From Parcubacteria group bacterium Gr01-1014_31 (lineage in GTDB: Bacteria > Patescibacteriota > Patescibacteriia > Buchananbacterales > GWA2-38-13): 64,000 bases of DNA. Below the pieces are notes generated by a model that saw only the letters and a list, made by a program, of their open reading frames with translations, was not told the DNA's origin and ran no database searches. The position numbers were made by a program, and so were the translations under genes. Location: NCBI GenBank assembly GCA_007376135.1, contig VMFR01000006.1, positions 3,273-67,272 on the forward strand, in the 5' to 3' direction. This document shows, piece by piece, positions 46,165-55,829 of this stretch (position 1 is the first letter of the stretch; each line of letters begins with the position of its first letter).

Positions 46165-47598
46165 ATGGCATCCCTCCCCACCATTGCGCTCATCGGCCGC
46201 ACCAACGTCGGCAAATCGCGGCTGTTCAACCGGCTGACCGAGAGCGTGCAGGCGATCGTTTCGCCTCAGGCCGGCACCACGCGCGACCGCACCTACGGCA
46301 CGTGCCTGTGGCGCGGGCGCAGTTTCCGGCTGGTCGACACCGGCGGCGCGGACGTGGCGACCGTGCGCGACAGCATCCGGCTCCTGGAGGATCCGAAACC
46401 CGAGAGCACCGCCGACCCGCTGGGAGCGGCGATCGTGCGCCAAACGCAGGCCGCCATCAGCGAAGCCGAGGTGTTGCTGCTGGTCGTGGACGGCCGCGCC
46501 GGCGTTCAGGCGGGCGACCGCCAGCTGGCGCGCGTCGTGCAGCGCCTGGCGCACGGCACCGAAACTCTGCCCGCCAAAACGGTAGTACTGGTATGCAATA
46601 AGATCGACAACAACCGCGATGAATCAAAGGTATCGGAATTCCTGGCGCTCGGCCTGGGCGATGCGCTCCCGGTGTCGGGAAAGAGCGGCCGCGGCACGGG
46701 CGAATTGCTGGACGTCATCGCCGCCGCGCTGCCGGTGCGCACGCCCGACCCCGAGACCCCGGCCATCCGCCTGGGGCTGCTCGGACGCCCCAACGTCGGC
46801 AAATCGTCACTGGCCAACCGCTTGCTGGGCACGGAGCGCTCGGTGGTGTCGCCCGAGCCGCTGACCACCCGCGAGGCCCTGGAAACGCCGTTCACCTATC
46901 AAGGCCACAACCTGGTGCTGGTGGATACGGCGGGCGTCAAACCATGGAAAAGGACCGACCAGGGCGTGGCCACGGTCGCCCAGCAGCAGAGCCTGGCGGC
47001 GCTGAAAACGGTGGACGTCGTCCTGCTGGTGGTCGAAGCCCAGCAGCCCATCTCCCACCAGGACCAGGCGCTGGCATCGCTGATCGACGAAAGCAAGACC
47101 GGCAGCGCCATCATCGTGAACAAATGGGACCTGGTGGCCGCCGCCGGGAGCGCGCCGATAAAAAACGTCGCGGCGCACTATCACGCGCACCTCCCCGCGA
47201 TGGCCTGGGCGCCGGTGCAGACGGTATCGGCGGCAACTGGCCAAAATACGTCAAACATCCTAGACTTAACCCTGAGCATTTGGCAGCGACGCCAACTGCG
47301 GGTGGATGAAGCCGCGCTGCAGGAACTGCTAGCGTACGCGGCGCGCCGTCAACGCCCCCGCGGGACCGGCAAGGGCAAGGCCGGACAGCCCGGCGCGGAG
47401 CGGCCGCGGCTCGTCAAGCTGGAGCAAACCGGCGTCAATCCGCCGACCTTCACGCTCTGGATGAAGCCGCGCCAATCGCTCCACTTCACCTACCAGCGCT
47501 TCGTCGAACGCCTGCTGGTCGAAAAATTCGATCTGGGGGGAACGAACTGTAAACTCTATGTTCAACAACTCCGTGCGGCTGATCGTCGGGCTGGGTAA
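46165..47598 (+). CDS. der: Ribosome biogenesis GTPase Der (EngA)
   Basis: Two GTPase domains (GRTNVGKS/DTGG/NKID and GRPNVGKS/DTAG/NKWD) plus a KH-like tail. Confidence 0.96.
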   Translation: MASLPTIALIGRTNVGKSRLFNRLTESVQAIVSPQAGTTRDRTYGTCLWRGRSFRLVDTGGADVATVRDSIRLLEDPKPESTADPLGAAIVRQTQAAISEAEVLLLVVDGRAGVQAGDRQLARVVQRLAHGTETLPAKTVVLVCNKIDNNRDESKVSEFLALGLGDALPVSGKSGRGTGELLDVIAAALPVRTPDPETPAIRLGLLGRPNVGKSSLANRLLGTERSVVSPEPLTTREALETPFTYQGHNLVLVDTAGVKPWKRTDQGVATVAQQQSLAALKTVDVVLLVVEAQQPISHQDQALASLIDESKTGSAIIVNKWDLVAAAGSAPIKNVAAHYHAHLPAMAWAPVQTVSAATGQNTSNILDLTLSIWQRRQLRVDEAALQELLAYAARRQRPRGTGKGKAGQPGAERPRLVKLEQTGVNPPTFTLWMKPRQSLHFTYQRFVERLLVEKFDLGGTNCKLYVQQLRAADRRAG

Positions 47599-48145
47599 CC
47601 CCGGCGAACAGTACGAACGCACCTGGCACAACATCGGTTTCCTGGTGGTGGACGCGCTGCGGGAAGCCGAATACTTCCGCTACGCCGAATGGGCCCCGGA
47701 CGGCAAGGCCAACGCGCTGGTTGCCACCTCGCTCCTGCCTGGGTCGCGGCTGCTGCTCGCCAAACCCCAGACGATGATGAATAACTCGGGGGAAGCGGTC
47801 AACGAACTGATGCGCTTCTACCACCTCCGGCCCGAAGACCTGTGGCTCATCCACGATGAGCTGGACCTGCCGCTGGGAAAACTGCGCATCAGCCGCAATG
47901 CCACCGCGGCAGGCCATCGCGGGGTGCAGTCGGTGTTCGACCAGATCGGCAGCAGCACCGTCACCCGTTTCCGGATCGGCGTCGGTACTGCCGAACGCGG
48001 AGAACTGCCGGCCGAGGACTACGTACTGCGGCCATTCCCCGAAACGGCGGCAGCGCTCGTGCAAGAGACCATTGAACGCACGGTGCAGGCCATCACGTTG
48101 GCGCAACTGGCCGGCGTGCCGGAAGCGATGAACCAGTACAACTAG
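47573..48145 (+). CDS. pth: Peptidyl-tRNA hydrolase
   Basis: LIVGLGNPG, T.HNIGF, KPQTMMNNSG, HDELDLPLG, GHRG. Likely GTG start overlapping the end of der. Confidence 0.96.
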   Translation: MRLIVGLGNPGEQYERTWHNIGFLVVDALREAEYFRYAEWAPDGKANALVATSLLPGSRLLLAKPQTMMNNSGEAVNELMRFYHLRPEDLWLIHDELDLPLGKLRISRNATAAGHRGVQSVFDQIGSSTVTRFRIGVGTAERGELPAEDYVLRPFPETAAALVQETIERTVQAITLAQLAGVPEAMNQYN

Positions 48146-48152
48146 CCAACAC

Positions 48153-48184
48153 AAAACCCCTCCACACTTGCGGAGGGGTTTTTG
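48153..48184 (+). terminator. Rho-independent terminator
   Basis: AAAACCCCTCC-loop-GGAGGGGTTTTTT. Confidence 0.85.
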
Positions 48185-48372
48185 GTCTCTCGGGCGGTTT
48201 ATCGGCGCTAGCCTGCTTGCCTGCGGGAAGCGCGCAGCCGAGTTAGGAGGGGTACTCAACGCGCGCCCCAAGGCAAGCAGAATATCGCCGACATTTACCG
48301 TCCCCGGCGCCACGTATTCCCCGGGGGCATTTCACCGTAGCATACGCGGCACCCATCGTCAACGGTCCCCCC

Positions 48373-49476
48373 ATGCCCGATACCCCTCTCCCCGTACCGC
48401 CGAACGACCGTCCCTACTGGGCTGCCTGGGCGGCGCTCAACCTCCAGCCAACGGAAACGGTCGCCATCCTGCGCGCCTTCCCCAGCCTGCAGACGGCTTG
48501 GATGGCGGGAGTAAATGCGCTGCACCAAGCCGGAATACCGGCGGCCACGGCGGAACGGATCGCGCGGACCCGGCCGGAAATCACGCCCCAGTCGTTCCTC
48601 CCTTCACTGGCAGCGGCCGGTATTGCCATGCATCTCATGCCGGACCCCGACTACCCCGCGCGCCTGCGGCACATCCCCGACCCGCCCATCGCGTTATTCT
48701 GCCGCGGCCACATGCGCTCCCAAGAGCTGGCGGTTGCGATTGTCGGCACGCGTCGCGCCAGCGACTACGGACGCCAGATGGCCGGCCAGCTCGCCGCCGA
48801 CCTGGCCGCAGCCGGGGTTACGGTGGTTTCGGGACTGGCGCTCGGCATCGACACCTGCGCGCATACGGGAGCTACCCGCGCCCGCGGCCGCACCGTCGCG
48901 ATCTTGGGCGGCGGCATTGATCCGCCAACCCTCTACCCGCCGTCCAACGTCCGTCTCGCGGAACGCATCATTGCGGAAGGCGGCGCGGTCGTTTCCGAAT
49001 ACCTGCCGGGTACGCCATCACTGCCCTACCGCTTCCCGCTGCGCAACCGCATCATCGCCGGCTGGGGACTGGCGACCGTGGTGGTGGAAGCGCCGATGAA
49101 ATCGGGCGCGATGATCACCGCCCGCCTCAGTCTGGAGTACGACCGTGAGGTATTCGCGGTCCCCGGGCGAGCGACCGACCCCAATGCCGAAGGTCCCAAC
49201 CACCTGATCGCCCGCGGAGCGGCGCTGGCGCGCACCGCCCGCGATATCGCCCAAAATCTCGGGCTTGCCTGGGAGGAATCCCCCGCCGCGGCCGTACCGG
49301 AAACGGACGAAAACGGCCATGCGGTCCTTGACGGACTGGATGAACCGAGAACTCTGCATGAGCTGCAACGACGGCTTGGACTGCCGCCCGCGACCATAGC
49401 GACAACGGTGACCCTCCTGGAGGTCGCAGGACACGTACAGCGCCTACCGAGCGGCAAATATTTCCGCGTCCGGTGA
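48373..49476 (+). CDS. dprA: DNA-processing protein DprA
   Basis: YP..L..I.DPP, AIVGTR..S.YG, VSGLALGID..AH, FPLRNRII, SGA.ITA, REVFAVPG. Confidence 0.96.
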   Translation: MPDTPLPVPPNDRPYWAAWAALNLQPTETVAILRAFPSLQTAWMAGVNALHQAGIPAATAERIARTRPEITPQSFLPSLAAAGIAMHLMPDPDYPARLRHIPDPPIALFCRGHMRSQELAVAIVGTRRASDYGRQMAGQLAADLAAAGVTVVSGLALGIDTCAHTGATRARGRTVAILGGGIDPPTLYPPSNVRLAERIIAEGGAVVSEYLPGTPSLPYRFPLRNRIIAGWGLATVVVEAPMKSGAMITARLSLEYDREVFAVPGRATDPNAEGPNHLIARGAALARTARDIAQNLGLAWEESPAAAVPETDENGHAVLDGLDEPRTLHELQRRLGLPPATIATTVTLLEVAGHVQRLPSGKYFRVR

Positions 49477-49565
49477 GACCGGGATTTGACAAACGCCCAC
49501 GCTCTCCCTTATCGTTACCAACAATCGTAAGAATTTGGCGCCGCCAAAGTTAACGGAGGGACCAA

Positions 49566-51797
49566 ATGCCGAAAGCCAAAGCCAAAAAATCCCGCGGACA
49601 CCTCGTCATCGTCGAGAGCCCGACCAAAGCCAGAACCATCAGCAGGTTTTTGGGGTCGGGTTTTCAGGTTGAGTCGTCGTACGGGCACGTGCGCGACCTG
49701 CCGAAGAGCAAACTCGGCGTGGACGTGGAGAAAAATTTCTCCCCGACGTACGTCGTGCCGCTCAAGGCCAAGGCCCGCGTAACAGAACTGAAAAAACTGG
49801 CGGCCAAGGCCGATACCATCTATTTTGCAACTGATGAAGACCGGGAAGGCGAAGCCATCTCGTGGCACCTGGCGGAGCTGCTCGCGCCCAAGCCCGACCG
49901 CATCAAGCGCATCGTCTTTCACGAGATCACCGACAGCGCCATCCACGAAGCGCTGGAGCATCCCCGCAGCATCGACCAACGGCTGGTGGACGCCCAGCAG
50001 GCGCGCCGCGTGCTGGACCGGCTCGTCGGGTATAAACTGTCCCCGCTGCTCTGGGCCAAGGTCGCGCGCGGACTATCGGCTGGACGCGTCCAGTCGGTCG
50101 CCGTCAGGCTCATCGTGGAACGCGAACGGGAAATTTCCGCCTTCAAGCCCCAGGAGTACTGGACCGTTGACGCCACGTTCACGAGCGGCCAGGACGAGAT
50201 CGCGGCGGTGCTGGCCAAGCTGGACGGTAAGGCCGTCGGCAAATTCGGCATCGGCAACCAGGCGGCGGCCGACGGGGTGCTGGCCCGCCTGTCGGAAAAA
50301 ACCTGGGCGGTGACGGCCGTGGACCGTAAACAGACCACGCGCCGCCCGCAACCGCCCTTCACCACCAGCACCCTGCAGCAGGCGGCCAACAAGCGCCTCG
50401 GGTTTTCGGCCAGCCAGACCATGGTGCTCGCGCAGCAGCTCTACGAAGGCATCGAGGTGGGCAAGGGCCAATCGGTCGGTTTGATCACCTACATGCGTAC
50501 GGACTCGGTCAACCTGGCCGGTCTTTTCTTGCAGCAGGCCAGCGGATTCATCCGCGAAACCTACGGCGAACGCTACGCTGCCGGCGGGCCGCGCACCTAC
50601 CAGACCAAGGCCAAAGGGGCGCAGGAGGCTCACGAAGCCATCCGTCCGACCGACGTGACACGCCGCCCCGAGACGGTCAAAGCACACCTGACCCCGACGC
50701 AGTTCCGGCTCTACCAGCTCATCTGGCAACGCGCCGTTTCCTCGCAGATGGCCGACGCCGAACTGCAAGCGACCGCCCTGGACATTGCCAACCCGGCGGG
50801 CACGGCGACGTTCCGCGCCACCGGGTCGGTGGTCGCCTTTGATGGCTGGCTCAAGGTTTACCCGACCGGTCTGCAGGAAACCGTCCTGCCGCAGCTGGCG
50901 CAAGGGACCGCCGTCGCGCTCAAAGCGGTTCAGCCCAACCAGCACTTCACCGAACCACCGGCGCGCTACTCGGAAGCGTCACTCGTCAAAACGCTAGAAG
51001 AATTAGGCATCGGGCGCCCGTCCACCTACGCCCCCACCATCGCCACGGTCATCAACCGCGGCTACGTGGAAAAAGTGGAAAAACGGCTGAAGCCGACCGA
51101 CATCGGCGAACTGGTCTCCGACCTGCTGGTCAAGCATTTCCCCAATATCGTGGACTACCAGTTCACGGCCACCGTGGAAGACGACCTGGACGCCATTGCC
51201 GAGGGCAAACACGCCTGGCAGCAGACCATCAAGGAATTCTACGGACCGTTCGCCAAACTGCTGGAAGAAAAAACCCAGGAGCTGTCCAAAAAAGAACTCA
51301 CGGAAACCGCGTCCGGCGCGGTTTGCATGAAGTGCGGCAAGCCGATGGTCATCAAGATCGGCCGCTTCGGCCGCTTTCTGGCCTGCAGCGGGTTCCCGGA
51401 GTGCACCAATAAGGCGCCCCTGGACAAGGAAGGCAAGGCCCAGCCGCTGCAGCTGCTGGACGAGAAGTGCCCCCAGTGCGGCAAGCCGCTGACAAATCGC
51501 GTGGGAAGATTTGGCCCATTCGTCGGCTGCTCGGGGTACCCGGACTGCAGGTACATCAAAAAAACGCCGTCCAAGGAATATGGCGCCTGCCCGAAGTGCG
51601 GCAAAGGCGCAATCGTCGCCAAACGGTCGCGGCGCGGAGTATTTTACGCCTGCAACGCGTATCCGGATTGCAAGAACGCCTACAACACCGAGCCGACCGG
51701 CGAGCATTGCACGACCTGCAAAGACCTGATGATCGCCGGCAAGGAAGCCCCCCGTTGCGGCAACAAGGAGTGCCCGACGCGCGCCAAAGCGGCGTAA
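49566..51797 (+). CDS. topA: Type I DNA topoisomerase
   Basis: LVIVESPTKA, ATDEDREGE, SAGRVQS, LITYMRTDS, GIGRPSTY and C-terminal zinc ribbons. Confidence 0.98.
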   Translation: MPKAKAKKSRGHLVIVESPTKARTISRFLGSGFQVESSYGHVRDLPKSKLGVDVEKNFSPTYVVPLKAKARVTELKKLAAKADTIYFATDEDREGEAISWHLAELLAPKPDRIKRIVFHEITDSAIHEALEHPRSIDQRLVDAQQARRVLDRLVGYKLSPLLWAKVARGLSAGRVQSVAVRLIVEREREISAFKPQEYWTVDATFTSGQDEIAAVLAKLDGKAVGKFGIGNQAAADGVLARLSEKTWAVTAVDRKQTTRRPQPPFTTSTLQQAANKRLGFSASQTMVLAQQLYEGIEVGKGQSVGLITYMRTDSVNLAGLFLQQASGFIRETYGERYAAGGPRTYQTKAKGAQEAHEAIRPTDVTRRPETVKAHLTPTQFRLYQLIWQRAVSSQMADAELQATALDIANPAGTATFRATGSVVAFDGWLKVYPTGLQETVLPQLAQGTAVALKAVQPNQHFTEPPARYSEASLVKTLEELGIGRPSTYAPTIATVINRGYVEKVEKRLKPTDIGELVSDLLVKHFPNIVDYQFTATVEDDLDAIAEGKHAWQQTIKEFYGPFAKLLEEKTQELSKKELTETASGAVCMKCGKPMVIKIGRFGRFLACSGFPECTNKAPLDKEGKAQPLQLLDEKCPQCGKPLTNRVGRFGPFVGCSGYPDCRYIKKTPSKEYGACPKCGKGAIVAKRSRRGVFYACNAYPDCKNAYNTEPTGEHCTTCKDLMIAGKEAPRCGNKECPTRAKAA

Positions 51798-51816
51798 TAT
51801 CGTGTCTGAAGATACT

Positions 51817-51844
51817 AAAACCGGCCCAGACGGGCCGGTTTTTT
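51817..51844. terminator. Bidirectional terminator (near-identical copy at 53867-53894)
   Basis: AAAACCGGCCC-AGAC-GGGCCGGTTTTTT between convergent genes. Confidence 0.85.
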
Positions 51845-51855
51845 GCCATCCACGA

Positions 51856-53802
51856 TCAGCGCTGGCACCGCGGGAAACTGGCGCACCGCAGGATATCTAG
51901 GGTCGGATCCGCTCCGCACGCCGCAAAGGGAAACGGGGGATCTTCCATTTCTCCGGTGAACAGGTACTTGAGCAGGTACCCAGGATCCGCGATATTCACG
52001 ATGCCGTCGTCATTGACATCCGCGGCATCCAGACAGCGCAGCGATGGGCCGCCCAAAAAAAGATGGTTCAAGATGAACATGGCATCACTGAGGTTATTAA
52101 CCCCATCGTCGTTCGTATCGCCGCGCATGAACAATCTCGGCGCGAGCCCGTCGGCGACGAACAGTATGGCAGCGGTCCTGCCCGCCAACGTGATAGGAGA
52201 GGATGACTCGGGCCCGAGCCCGACCCACCCATCGCGATTCACCGTGCGGTCGACAAAAGCCTGATACCTGATACCGGGATACTTGCGCGCGGGGTCGATG
52301 GTCACGGTCTCCGGCGTGGGGTTGACGATGACCAGTGCGCGCTCGAACTCCCGGGCGTACACCGCTTGCGTATCCGGCCAGATGAAATCACCGCCGAGGG
52401 CAAAACCAATGGGCTGGTCGAACCCCTCCCAATCATTCAGTTCCCCGACATTGTAGCGCAAATAGAACCGGTCCTCTTCCCGGCCAGCGGCCAATAGAAT
52501 GCTGGCGTACGTGAACAGCATCCGGTTATCGTTCGGCCATGGCGGCACGACGTATTCGCCCTTTTCATTTATGACGCCACCCGCCTCCCAATCCGCATTC
52601 AGCTTCTCACCCTCGCGGTACTGCTTCCCCATATACACCCACGCCAGACCCTTCTCCATGGCGGTTTTTACGTCTGCCAGCTGCCGCTGCCAGATCGTCA
52701 ACGGGGTGATCCCTCCCTTGGTGTGATAGTACGGCCCGTTGTGGGAGGCAAACCACGCTCCACTCTCCGATTGTACGGCCCCATACGTTGCCACGAGGTC
52801 CCACCCGTTGATCCCGCAGGCCTCCTCCTGAATGATCACATCACCGACATTCGGCGACATCACAATAGGCTTGCCGCTGATGGAACCGTCCGGGAAGGCT
52901 TGATCAACTCCGGCACGAACCGCCACTGCGATGTTCATGATCTCCTGGTACTGTTCGCAGGTCGTGTACGTGCTGCCGGTCCTGGGGTTCAGGGGATCCC
53001 AGCGGTGTTCCTTTTCCGCCGTACTGCCGTTCACGGCATCATACCGACGCACCTGCCAGTATCGAATTCCCGCATTATCCATCCAAAAACCGTCGGCGCC
53101 TTGCGCGATGGCCTGCTTGGCCCGATCGACAAAAAAACTCACAAACTCCTGGCTGCCCAGATCGTACACCCATTCGTTATAACTGGTTTCCGGTGCGGTC
53201 GGCACGGTGAACGGGGTGACCACCCGATGGAAAATATCTTTTACTCCCAACGGCATATGCAAATACCACTCCTCCTTGGTATCGCTTGAAGCAAAAATAT
53301 TAGCGGCGATATTCCGGGTATTCGCGTATTCCAGGATGTACACATTCGGATTCACGTTCCGAAGATACACATAAGCATCGGGCATCCATTCGCCGCTCCG
53401 CTGGATCCACGACGGTGAGATCATATCGTTGCGCAAGGCGATCGTCCTCAGCTCCGAGGTGATGCAATCCGGCAATGCTTCAAACGGCACTCCGCTCTGT
53501 CCGTTGCACATATCCTCCTGCCATCGTGAGTATTCTTTCGGCAGACCCCTATACAACAGCAGCGGCGACTGATGGTCGCCGGCCCGGATCGGCCTGCCGC
53601 CCAGGCCCAAAGGTTGCGCGGGCGACTCAAGGGCAATACCGACCCTGAGTGTTTTCGTGAGCGACCATCCGGCCGCGAGCGCCATCATCCCCCCGGCCAC
53701 AAAAAGCGCAACAGCGGAGACCGCAAGCATGACCGCCGCGGCAACGGCGGGGGCGTGCGATGTGCTCACCTTAGTGTTCGCGGAAGCGGAGGCAGTAACC
53801 AT
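51856..53802 (-). CDS. Array gene 5: family leader + putative glycoside-hydrolase-like TIM barrel (GHL15-like) + dockerin-like domain
   Basis: Leader SAVALFVAGGMMALAAG; ADGFWMDN; VYAREFERALVIVNP; C-terminal FMRGDTNDDG...CLDAAD...CGADPTLDILRC. Confidence 0.75.
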   Translation of the reverse strand: MVTASASANTKVSTSHAPAVAAAVMLAVSAVALFVAGGMMALAAGWSLTKTLRVGIALESPAQPLGLGGRPIRAGDHQSPLLLYRGLPKEYSRWQEDMCNGQSGVPFEALPDCITSELRTIALRNDMISPSWIQRSGEWMPDAYVYLRNVNPNVYILEYANTRNIAANIFASSDTKEEWYLHMPLGVKDIFHRVVTPFTVPTAPETSYNEWVYDLGSQEFVSFFVDRAKQAIAQGADGFWMDNAGIRYWQVRRYDAVNGSTAEKEHRWDPLNPRTGSTYTTCEQYQEIMNIAVAVRAGVDQAFPDGSISGKPIVMSPNVGDVIIQEEACGINGWDLVATYGAVQSESGAWFASHNGPYYHTKGGITPLTIWQRQLADVKTAMEKGLAWVYMGKQYREGEKLNADWEAGGVINEKGEYVVPPWPNDNRMLFTYASILLAAGREEDRFYLRYNVGELNDWEGFDQPIGFALGGDFIWPDTQAVYAREFERALVIVNPTPETVTIDPARKYPGIRYQAFVDRTVNRDGWVGLGPESSSPITLAGRTAAILFVADGLAPRLFMRGDTNDDGVNNLSDAMFILNHLFLGGPSLRCLDAADVNDDGIVNIADPGYLLKYLFTGEMEDPPFPFAACGADPTLDILRCASFPRCQR

Positions 53803-53866
53803 AGACCATACACTATCCTACTGACAGTATCCCACATCTTAACCCGCAAGAGAAACGAACCGGTTT

Positions 53867-53894
53867 AAAAAACCGGCCCAGATGGGCCGGTTTT
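53867..53894 (-). terminator. Rho-independent terminator
   Basis: AAAAAACCGGCCC-AGAT-GGGCCGGTTTT. Confidence 0.8.
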
Positions 53895-53909
53895 GTGTAC
53901 GACATGAAC

Positions 53910-54407
53910 CTAGTAGGGCGAGGATGACGGCGACGGTGTTGGTGTGGGCGACGGAGCTGTGCACGGCGGCAGACTATCGGCCGTGGCATCGGTGCCAAGC
54001 ACCGTGGCCGGAGCAGCAGGGCCGGAACCGCTGCCGAACGCCCAGTTGATATAGGCAATCACATCGTTGACGTCGCGGACGCCATTGTCATTATAATCAG
54101 CGGCGTCGGCGCAACTCAGCGTGATGGATGGCGGGGCGGCGACCGGCCGCAGCTGCGACAACGCGCGACCCATCAGTTCGATCTCCTGCAGCGCCTCCTG
54201 CCGGTTGGTCGGGCTACCCAACACCCCGTCGCCGTCCACATCGCGACGGATGAACTTGGCTCCCGACGTGTTCGTGTTGGTGGTCGTCGTGTTGGTGTTG
54301 CTGGTATTCGTATTGGTGGCCGCCACGACCAGGGACGCGCCAACCGCCAGCACGAGCGTGGCGCTGGCCACCGTCAGACCGACGGCGATGAGCGAGCGTT
54401 GATGCAT
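53910..54407 (-). CDS. Array gene 4: small secreted stand-alone divergent dockerin-like protein
   Basis: Hydrophobic leader, TNTNT linker, FIRRDVDGDG...CADAADYNDNG...GTDATADSLPPC and a Pro/Ser tail. Confidence 0.75.
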   Translation of the reverse strand: MHQRSLIAVGLTVASATLVLAVGASLVVAATNTNTSNTNTTTTNTNTSGAKFIRRDVDGDGVLGSPTNRQEALQEIELMGRALSQLRPVAAPPSITLSCADAADYNDNGVRDVNDVIAYINWAFGSGSGPAAPATVLGTDATADSLPPCTAPSPTPTPSPSSSPY

Positions 54408-54459
54408 AAAGTATGGGTTAATCGCTGAAAGTAATTATACCAAAGGATGCCAGTCTACG

Positions 54460-55773
54460 CTAGGGATACTGCGCACACCCCAGCGGGTCGGCCGTGGGGT
54501 CGGGGCCGGGGGTGGTGGGGCCGGGTAAGGTAATGCTTCCCTCGCCCGTGAAAAGGAAACCGAGGGTATTCTTTGCGTCCGCGATATTCACGAGGCCGTC
54601 GTCGTTGCTGTCGGCAGCATCGTCGCACCGGATGGTCTTGCCGGTGCCCAAGAACAATACTTCCAGCGTATACACGGCATCGGAGATATCCACCTTGCCA
54701 GTGCCGTTGACGTCGCCGCGGCGGAACGATACGCATCCTTCATCGACCGTGCCATCGCAATTATTATCAATGGTGTCACAAAGTTCTACCGCCTCGACAT
54801 GCACCCCGCGATCAGTGTCATTACAATCGCACCGCTGCCACGAGGTAGTGCAGCTCTCGCTGCATGCGCTGTACCCATCGTCATCGGCATCCGTATCCAC
54901 GTCCGTACACACGCCGGCATTTAGGCCGGTGCATGTATACGTATCATCGGAGCACGCATCAAGATCGCTCGCACCCGCCACATCGCATCGCTGGTCCGGT
55001 TCATCAACCGCGCCATCGCAATCATTATCTTTCAGATCACACCACTCGAGATTATTCGGATGCATCCTCCAGTCCGCATCATTACAATCTGTTGCGTCGC
55101 CAAGACTGCATCCCCTGCTCCCGGGAGACCCGTAGCCATCGCGGTCAGCATCTTGACACGGAAGATGGGAGCAAGTCGGCCCGACGCCAAGCTCGGAAGC
55201 GCAGTTCAATCCCGCGAGCAGGTCGCCGGAGCCGGCCTCTAAACGGAAATGAATCTCATACTTCCGGGGATTGCCCTGGCCCAACGCGCTGTCGCCCTGC
55301 CGGTACGCATAATTACAGGGAAGATCGGCAGTCTGGCAAGAACGATCGTTATTCGGCGCGGCCGCGGAGCCACTGGGGTCCCGCGGGGCAACCGCCAGAA
55401 GGACGGGCTCCATGCACTCGGTATCAAACTCCCATCCGAGGCGGCCGAAGCAACCATAACCGTTCGGCGGATTGCCGATCTCCCCATCCCCCCAATGGGC
55501 AAAGGGGTAAGAATTCTTGTCGGCAAAATAGATTTCCATGACTGCCTGAATAGCGCGCACATCGCCGATACGCTGCGTATCGCGCTCTGCCGGACCCGCC
55601 GGAACAGCCGCGATACGGAATACATTTTGTCGCTGCGGGCCGACGATGCCGGCGACCGCCATCATGCCGCCAGCGAACGACAGGGCCACTGCGGTTACCG
55701 CAAGCACCGCGGCTGCGGCGACAGTCGTACCGGTTCGGGTGGCAGTCTGCGTGGCCAAAAATGGACGTGGCAT
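54460..55773 (-). CDS. Array gene 3: family leader + type IV pilin/GspG-like body + Cys-rich DCND/DNxCDG repeats + dockerin-like domain
   Basis: Leader TAVALSFAGGMMAVAG; RDTQRIGDVRAIQAVMEIYFADKNSYP...PRDP...YAY...YEIHFRLE; two DCND..H...E.CD..DN.CDG.VDE repeats. Start adjusted to MPRPF. Confidence 0.8.
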   Translation of the reverse strand: MPRPFLATQTATRTGTTVAAAAVLAVTAVALSFAGGMMAVAGIVGPQRQNVFRIAAVPAGPAERDTQRIGDVRAIQAVMEIYFADKNSYPFAHWGDGEIGNPPNGYGCFGRLGWEFDTECMEPVLLAVAPRDPSGSAAAPNNDRSCQTADLPCNYAYRQGDSALGQGNPRKYEIHFRLEAGSGDLLAGLNCASELGVGPTCSHLPCQDADRDGYGSPGSRGCSLGDATDCNDADWRMHPNNLEWCDLKDNDCDGAVDEPDQRCDVAGASDLDACSDDTYTCTGLNAGVCTDVDTDADDDGYSACSESCTTSWQRCDCNDTDRGVHVEAVELCDTIDNNCDGTVDEGCVSFRRGDVNGTGKVDISDAVYTLEVLFLGTGKTIRCDDAADSNDDGLVNIADAKNTLGFLFTGEGSITLPGPTTPGPDPTADPLGCAQYP

Positions 55774-55829
55774 AAATTCCGTTCTGTCAATGAAGGTTAA
55801 ATAATTATTGAATGACCTCATCGTGCACG

